63,867 bases of DNA from a candidate division WOR-3 bacterium (lineage in GTDB: Bacteria > Hydrothermota > Hydrothermia > JBDRYB01): positions 1-63,867 of the forward strand of contig JBDRYB010000009.1 of the NCBI GenBank assembly GCA_039803205.1, given 5' to 3'. Shown piece by piece: positions 57,843-63,867 of the stretch. The first letter of the stretch is position 1. Each line of letters starts with the position of its first letter. A program made the translations under genes and the position numbers. The notes beneath the pieces were generated by a model. That model saw nothing but the letters and a program-made list of their open reading frames with translations. It had not been told where the DNA came from and ran no database searches.

Positions 57843-59300
57843 CTATGGCTTTATCGCGACGAACCTCTTGTCTCCTTCCCTCTCAAGGTAGATCAGGATA
57901 GGCTTTTTGCTCTCCTTATACTTATTAGAGGCTTTCTGGAGATCCGAGATGCTCTTTATCTCTATATCCCCTATCTTCCTTATGTAGTCCCCCTTGACTA
58001 TACCCGCCGCATCCGCCTTTGAGCCAGGTTCAACATTTGAGACAACGACCCCATCCTCCTTTTCCTCCACGGATAATCCAAGCCAACCGGCCTCCTTGGG
58101 GGCGCTTGGCTTTTCGGGGGATTTCGCGGATGAGAACCCTTCTGGCATTGTGCCAAGGGTAAGGGAGAACTCCTTCTCCTTCCCATCTCGGATAACCTTT
58201 ACCCTTACCTTCTTGCCTGGCCCTTCGTGCGCGACGAGGGTTCTGAGATGCTGGATATCCCTGATCTGGGTCCCGTTGAACTCGGTAATGAGGTCACCCT
58301 CTTTGATGCCCGCCTTCTCAGCTGGCGTTCCTTTTTCCACGGCCCTGACCAGGGCCCCACGAGGCTTGTCCAGGCCATAGGCCTCGGCTATTTCTGATGA
58401 GACAGGCTGAAGCCTTACGCCCATGAATCCCCTTTCAACCTTGCCCTTGGCCACGAGCTGATCAGCAACCGCCTTTGCCAGGTTTATTGGGACAGCAAAG
58501 CCTATACCGTTGTATGTGCCAGTAAGGGAGGCTATCATGGTGTTGACGCCTATGACCTCCCCCCTGATGTTCGCGAGGGGGCCTCCGGAGTTGCCGTGGT
58601 TTATGGCCGCGTCCGTCTGGATGAAATCCTGAAACTCGGGCCCCTCGCCCACGGATATGCCGGTCCTGTGCAGAGCGCTTATGACACCAACTGTAACCGT
58701 TGCCGAAAGCCCAAAAGGTGAACCTATCGCTATCGCCCAGTCTCCGACATGTATTTCATCGGAATTACCAAGCTTCGCGAGCTTCATCTCCTTATTAGTC
58801 CTTATCTTGATAACAGCTATGTCGGTCGCCTTGTCAGTGCCGACGACCTCCGCGTCCGAGATCTCCGTTCCATCGTGGAGCTGAACCTTTATCTTTACAG
58901 CATTCTCAACGACATGCCAGTTGGTCATCACCAGGTAGCCATCCTTGACCTTCTCGTAGATGAACCCAGAGCCAAGCCCTTCGGCAGGGATGGGCGTTTC
59001 TGGGAACCGGAACTCAAACTCAAAGGGCAATCCCTTAAATGGAATCTCAAATGGGGTCCCTGAAACGCCTGGCACCTCTTTTTCAACGAGTATCTTCACA
59101 ACGCTCGGCTCCAGATCCGCCACAACTCTTGAGAATGGGTTTGAGTAAAGCCCCGTGTCCGGCTGGTATGCCCCGCCGCCAGTTGTCTGGGCCCTCGTCT
59201 CAGAAGCGCATCCGAGCCTCGCAGAGAGGATGAACCCAGCCAGAAGGCCGAGTCCCACGAGCCCAACGCTCCTCAGCCAATCTCCCATGTTCCTTTTCAT
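57843..59300 (-). CDS. degP: Do/DegP/HtrA serine protease with two PDZ domains
   Basis: GSGF, TNWHVV, DIAVIK, IQTDAAINHGNSGGPL; GAGGAGG RBS before ATG at 59300. Confidence 0.93.
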   Translation of the reverse strand: MKRNMGDWLRSVGLVGLGLLAGFILSARLGCASETRAQTTGGGAYQPDTGLYSNPFSRVVADLEPSVVKILVEKEVPGVSGTPFEIPFKGLPFEFEFRFPETPIPAEGLGSGFIYEKVKDGYLVMTNWHVVENAVKIKVQLHDGTEISDAEVVGTDKATDIAVIKIRTNKEMKLAKLGNSDEIHVGDWAIAIGSPFGLSATVTVGVISALHRTGISVGEGPEFQDFIQTDAAINHGNSGGPLANIRGEVIGVNTMIASLTGTYNGIGFAVPINLAKAVADQLVAKGKVERGFMGVRLQPVSSEIAEAYGLDKPRGALVRAVEKGTPAEKAGIKEGDLITEFNGTQIRDIQHLRTLVAHEGPGKKVRVKVIRDGKEKEFSLTLGTMPEGFSSAKSPEKPSAPKEAGWLGLSVEEKEDGVVVSNVEPGSKADAAGIVKGDYIRKIGDIEIKSISDLQKASNKYKESKKPILIYLEREGDKRFVAIKP

Positions 59301-59313
59301 TCTAGAACCTCCT

Positions 59314-59892
59314 CTATTTTCTGTTTTTAACCTTGATGATCTCAAGGAAAAAACCATGCAGGCGCGTGTCATCCGTCAGCTCAGGGTGAAAGCTGGTGGC
59401 CATCACACTCCCCTTTCTGACGCCAACAGGCTCATCCCCGAGCCAGGCTATTGGTTCTGCGTCACCAAGGCCCCTTATCCTTGGCGCCCTTATGAACACG
59501 CCCCTCATGGGTCTCTCGTCAAAAGAGAGCCTGAGATCCGCCTCAAAGCTCTCGGTCTGCCTACCGAAAGCGTTCCTCGCGACCCTGATGGGTAGAAGCC
59601 CGAGGGAAAGCATCCCTGGCCCCCCCTCAACCTTTTCTGCCAAGAGGATCATGCCAGCGCATGTGCCGAATACGGGAAGGCCTTCTTTTGCTCTCTCCCT
59701 CAGGGCCTCGCTCATTCCAATTCTTTCACCAATAACAACCATCGCTGTTGACTCTCCGCCCGGGATAATTAGACCAGCAAGGCCAGGAAGTTGTTCCGGA
59801 TAACGAACCAGAAGGGGTTCGTGCCCCAGCCTGTTGATCATCCTGGCGTGGGCCTCGTATGCGCCCTGGAGGGCAAGGATGCCTATTTTCAT
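59314..59892 (-). CDS. pdxT: PLP synthase glutaminase subunit
   Basis: GILALQG, PGGEST, GTCAG, RNAFGRQ, FIRAP, FHPELT. Confidence 0.96.
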   Translation of the reverse strand: MKIGILALQGAYEAHARMINRLGHEPLLVRYPEQLPGLAGLIIPGGESTAMVVIGERIGMSEALRERAKEGLPVFGTCAGMILLAEKVEGGPGMLSLGLLPIRVARNAFGRQTESFEADLRLSFDERPMRGVFIRAPRIRGLGDAEPIAWLGDEPVGVRKGSVMATSFHPELTDDTRLHGFFLEIIKVKNRK

Positions 59893-60050
59893 GGGTTCCT
59901 CACGGGTGAGCAAGACGGTTCAAAACACGAAGGGATACATATGCTTCTTTAACACGATAAAATTATAACTCAGACGAGCGGCCGAGAACAAATCGCGCCC
60001 ATTTCCCCTTTGTGGCTACACCCTCTTGGCCTGGTTTATAATTTCTTCCT

Positions 60051-60980
60051 GTGGATGATATTCTGAGAAGGGCCTACAAGCCCATAGAGAAGGCCCTCGC
60101 TCTCTTCGAGGAGCGGCTCGCGAGAGAGGCTGATGGCAAGTTCCCTTACCCATCCTTTCTCTTCTCCGGAAAGCGCCTGAGACCAGCATGCGTCTTCTTC
60201 ATGGCAAGAGCCTTTGAAGAGATCAGGGAGCCCGCTATTCGCGCGGCTCTGGCAGTTGAGTTTCTCCATGCTGGAACGCTTGTTCACGATGACATAATAG
60301 ATGGCTCATCCGAACGCCGCGGGGACGAGTCAATTCACAGAAAATACGGCATAGTAGGGGCTGTCCTCGCGGGGGACAACCTTTTCGTGAAATCATTGCG
60401 TCAGGTGAATTCCATAGGAAATCCCGAACTTATGGAGGAGTTTCTCTCCTCGTGTGAAAAGGCTCTTGAGGGCGAGCAAATGGAGGAAAGGCTTTCTCCC
60501 CAAGAATCTCTCTTGCGGGAGAATTATATCAGGATAATATCCCTTAAGACAGCTGAGATATTCGCCCTCAGCTCCTCGTTGGGGGCGAAGATAGCCTGTT
60601 ATTCTCAAAATGATACCCTGACCCTAAGGCGGGCTGGCCAGAGCTTTGGCATGGCATACCAGATAATAGATGACTGCGAGGACATGCTATCGGCGAAGGA
60701 CGGGGACCTGGCGGCAGGAAAGTTCACCCTGCCGGTCATAGAGGCCGCGGCCCTCCTGGATGGCCTCAGCGAGACCCTAATCTCGGGCCGGTTCAACCCC
60801 GAGAGGGTGAAGGAAGAGGTGATTGAATCCGGAGGGCTGGCCCTCGCCCTTGAGAGGGCATCTGAATACATTGAGGAGGCCAGGAGCCTGGTCAGCGCTG
60901 TCGGGGACCCTGAGCTTGAGAGTTCCATATCCGGATTCTTCAGCTACCTGGAGGAAAGGGCGGGGATTATCCGGATCTGA
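60051..60980 (+). CDS. Trans-polyprenyl diphosphate synthase
   Basis: GKRLRP; LVHDDIID..ERRG; KTA; YQIIDDCED. Confidence 0.93.
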   Translation: MDDILRRAYKPIEKALALFEERLAREADGKFPYPSFLFSGKRLRPACVFFMARAFEEIREPAIRAALAVEFLHAGTLVHDDIIDGSSERRGDESIHRKYGIVGAVLAGDNLFVKSLRQVNSIGNPELMEEFLSSCEKALEGEQMEERLSPQESLLRENYIRIISLKTAEIFALSSSLGAKIACYSQNDTLTLRRAGQSFGMAYQIIDDCEDMLSAKDGDLAAGKFTLPVIEAAALLDGLSETLISGRFNPERVKEEVIESGGLALALERASEYIEEARSLVSAVGDPELESSISGFFSYLEERAGIIRI

Positions 60981-61791
60981 TGGCTACGGCCGCGTAACCC
61001 ACAACATATCCGGAAGACGCGCCGGTTACCTCAGATGAGTTAGTATATAGGAGAATTTCAGCCTCAGGCTTAGGGAGCCCAGACGCAACCTCCAATAGGA
61101 GGGCTATGGCCGCATCACCGCAAGCCATGACCCTCCTCTCCCTTGCCGAAAGCAGAAAGCCCTTTCCGTTCAGTGCCTTTATCCTGGATAGGGTCTCTTT
61201 GTCCTGTTCGATGCACTCCTCGTATGAATGACCGTGATAAAGGTCAGAGGAGGCTATTATGAGTGTCCTCCCGTCAAGCAGTCTCCTCAGGACCTCCGCG
61301 GCTTCCTCAAGCTCGTGCGAGTCCATAGTTCCAACCAGCAATGGGACGATTTGCGCTTCCGGAAGGAAATGCTTTATGAATGGAGCATGAACCTCAAGGG
61401 AGTGCTCAGGCAAGTGAGGCCTTATGTCCGGATGAAAGACCCCGAGTCTGATCAAGGCATCAGCAACCTCGTAGTCAATCCCTACATCCCCAAGAGGGGT
61501 CTCCCAAACCCCTTCGTTCCAGACCGCTATCCCCCTTAAGGGATAGTGATGGCTGGGGCCGAGAAGGATCAATCGGCTAGTCTCCTTCGGGATTAATGAG
61601 TATCCAAGAGCGGCAACCCGCCCTGAGTAGATGTATCCAGCGTGAGGCAGTATGAGGCCACACAAACCGTGCATGGGTTTTCGCTCAGGGGCCCAGGCCT
61701 CAAAGATCTCCTTTATCTCCTGGCCGGACGCGGGATAGAAACTGCCGGCGAGGACAGCCCGTCTCTTATAAAGACCCTCAGGGTTTCGCAT
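60967..61791 (-). CDS. amrB: MEMO1-family / AmmeMemoRadiSam protein B
   Basis: AGSFYP, PHAGYIYSG, GPSH, EHSLEV, ASSDLYH, CG, VVGYAA. Confidence 0.92.
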   Translation of the reverse strand: MRNPEGLYKRRAVLAGSFYPASGQEIKEIFEAWAPERKPMHGLCGLILPHAGYIYSGRVAALGYSLIPKETSRLILLGPSHHYPLRGIAVWNEGVWETPLGDVGIDYEVADALIRLGVFHPDIRPHLPEHSLEVHAPFIKHFLPEAQIVPLLVGTMDSHELEEAAEVLRRLLDGRTLIIASSDLYHGHSYEECIEQDKETLSRIKALNGKGFLLSARERRVMACGDAAIALLLEVASGLPKPEAEILLYTNSSEVTGASSGYVVGYAAVAIRSG

Positions 61792-61896
61792 ACCCTCAGA
61801 TTATCCGGAAAAACGGGCGGGGGATCAAGGCCAAGCTTTGATCCCTCGCGAACAGAAGGTGGATAATTTGCCCGCGAGCAAGCGAGGAGCGAGAAA

Positions 61897-62832
61897 ATGA
61901 ACCCGCAAAGGATAGGGCATCTTGATCTGCCATATGCATATGGGGTAACTGCTGGTGAAGGATACGCTTATGTGGCGTGTAAGACAAACGGCGTCTTCGT
62001 CGTTGATATATCCGATCCGAGAAACCCCATCCGGGTCTCCAGCATTTCGGAGCCGCAGATGGACGCTAGAAGGCTGTTTCTGGAGAAAACGAGGCTCTAT
62101 GTTGCTGGATTCACGGGAGGCCTATACATATACGATGTCTCTGATCCGAAGAGCCCGAAATTTCTTGGCAAATACGCGGACAGCCTGAAGGCCAACAATG
62201 TCTTCGCCATAGACCAGAGGGCATATGTCGCGGGAGGATACTCAACCGATGGAGCCCTTGCCATCCTTGATGTGGCTGATGCCTCAAGGCCCAAGGTCTT
62301 AGGGGTATATAGAACCAAGGCCCAAAAGGATGGGGGGTATCAGTCAGTCTGGGTCGCCGGAACCACAATTTACGCCGGGACGAACGCCGGTGAGCTGCAC
62401 ATCCTGGACGCCTCAAAACCCTCGTCTCTGACCCTTCTCGGAAAATACTTCAACCCAGGAACCCCAGGACACCAGGCCTGGCTTTGGGGAATAAAGGTCT
62501 ACGGCGAAAAGGCTTACCTAGCGGACTGGGGAGCAGGGCTCATTGTCCTTGATGTTTCGGATCCAAGGAACCCGAAGGAGCTGGGGGTCTTCACCGGCGG
62601 GGCAGATGGCCCGAACGAATACGGCGTTATCGTTGAGAACGACCTTGCTTATATAGCAAACGGGTGGGGCGCCCTCACCGTGGCGGATGTTTCAGATCCG
62701 AAGAACATAACCCTTGCGGCTGAATTTAACCCTCCTTCAACGACATACTTGGACATAGTTAAGGTGGGTGATCTGATCCTCTGCCCGAACAATGGTTCGC
62801 CTCAGGGGCTTGATATAATAAGCATAAAGTAG
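61897..62832 (+). CDS. LVIVD-repeat protein (no signal peptide, no CTD)
   Basis: Repeats VVDISDP, IYDVSDP, VLDVSDP, VADVSDP; GAGGAG RBS. Confidence 0.85.
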   Translation: MNPQRIGHLDLPYAYGVTAGEGYAYVACKTNGVFVVDISDPRNPIRVSSISEPQMDARRLFLEKTRLYVAGFTGGLYIYDVSDPKSPKFLGKYADSLKANNVFAIDQRAYVAGGYSTDGALAILDVADASRPKVLGVYRTKAQKDGGYQSVWVAGTTIYAGTNAGELHILDASKPSSLTLLGKYFNPGTPGHQAWLWGIKVYGEKAYLADWGAGLIVLDVSDPRNPKELGVFTGGADGPNEYGVIVENDLAYIANGWGALTVADVSDPKNITLAAEFNPPSTTYLDIVKVGDLILCPNNGSPQGLDIISIK

Positions 62833-62901
62833 GATAGGTTCCGGGTTTTCTGGGTCGGGGATTTGATCTTCATAGCCTTTTTGTGCTATACTATCTTGGC
62901 T

Positions 62902-63744
62902 GTGAACGACCCTCTCTCGCTTCTTGAACCGTGCAGGGTTTGCCCAAGGGAGTGCGGAGCGAACCGCCTTTCCGGCGAGATCGGGGATTGCGGGGTCGGG
63001 CGTCACGCGGTTCTGAGCTCATACGGCCCGCACTTTGGCGAGGAGCGCGTTCTGGTCGGGAGGGGTGGTTCAGGGACCGTGTTCTTCGCGGGCTGTAATC
63101 TATCCTGCATCTTCTGCCAGAACTACGAGATAAGCCAATTGCGGTATGGCTACCCCGTCTCAGAGGAGGACCTCGCTCATATCTTTCTCGAAGTCCAAGA
63201 AATGGGCTGTTGCAACCTCAACCTCGTTTCCCCTACCCACATAACCCCCCAGGTAGTTCTAGCGCTGAGGATGGCAAAAGAGAGAGGGCTTTATCTGCCG
63301 GTTGTCTGGAACTCCGGTGGATACGAGAGGCCGGAAACGCTGAGGGTGCTTGAGGGTCTTGTTGATATATACATGCCCGATGCAAAGTATTCGGACAACG
63401 AGATAGCAAAGGAGCTCTCCGGAGTTGATGAGTATTGGGATTTTTGCAGGGCAGCTCTCCGGGAAATGCACAGGCAGGTCGGCGACCTCATCGTGGAGAA
63501 CGGGGTGGCAAGGAAGGGGCTTCTTGTGAGGCACCTGGTTTTGCCCGGAGGGCTCTCCGGAACCGAGAAGGTCATTAGGTTCCTCCATGAGCTGTCCCCA
63601 AACACTTTCCTGAACCTGATGGATCAGTATTACCCTTGCTACAAGGCGTATGTGAGGCCTCCCCTGGACAGGAGGATAAATCCTGAGGAATACAGGGCCG
63701 CGCTCCAAATAGCCAGGGGGTATCTCAGAAGGGTTATTGGCTGA
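62902..63744 (+). CDS. PflX-like radical SAM protein
   Basis: CRVCPREC; HFGEE; CNLSCIFCQN; VRHLVLPG; MDQYYP. Confidence 0.92.
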   Translation: MNDPLSLLEPCRVCPRECGANRLSGEIGDCGVGRHAVLSSYGPHFGEERVLVGRGGSGTVFFAGCNLSCIFCQNYEISQLRYGYPVSEEDLAHIFLEVQEMGCCNLNLVSPTHITPQVVLALRMAKERGLYLPVVWNSGGYERPETLRVLEGLVDIYMPDAKYSDNEIAKELSGVDEYWDFCRAALREMHRQVGDLIVENGVARKGLLVRHLVLPGGLSGTEKVIRFLHELSPNTFLNLMDQYYPCYKAYVRPPLDRRINPEEYRAALQIARGYLRRVIG

Positions 63745-63867
63745 CCCTTACCCAAAACTTTTCCTAATCCTCATAAATAGGCCCTCCTGAGGTGCTGGCC
63801 CTGGGTTGGCCATCTAGGCCATAATTTGTCTCCTATGGAAGGACTCCTTGAATATCTTTCACCACTG
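63741..63867 (+). mobile_element. Left end of a second copy of the IS4/IS50-like element (runs off window end)
   Basis: CTGACCCTTACCCAAAAC end and ATGGAAGGACTCCTTGAATAT start are nearly identical to the reverse complement of 21325-21403. Confidence 0.9.

Overview
Chromosomal window from a diderm bacterium, roughly 55% GC by eye. LptD, Omp85-family barrels, MlaF, secreted proteins with T9SS/FlgD-like C-terminal domains and heavy ATA/AGG codon use suggest a thermophilic WOR-3/FCB-related lineage (inference). It holds a partial complex I operon (nuoG-N), ymdB, a fused Type IIG-like restriction-modification gene and a two-subunit class I fumarase preceded by an internally deleted paralog. It also holds sucC, envelope and glycosylation genes, tdh, gmk, yicC, lptD, glmS, a Type I RM cassette, degP, pdxT and three tRNAs. 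A decayed integrase plus an IS50/Tn5-like (IS4 family) remnant sits at tRNA-Leu, and a second copy of that IS begins where the window ends. The most notable unlabelled signals are: (1) pervasive leaderless promoters (TAnnnT, 6-9 nt, start codon), with the exact 15-mer TATAATTTGCCCGTG found three times; (2) ultra-short signal peptides lacking basic residues on exported proteins, some also carrying a shared C-terminal sorting domain; (3) strong avoidance of ACGT, GTAC and TCGA; (4) a fumarase-alpha paralog that keeps all three Fe-S cysteines but lacks its KGGGSEN segment. No CRISPR array was seen.
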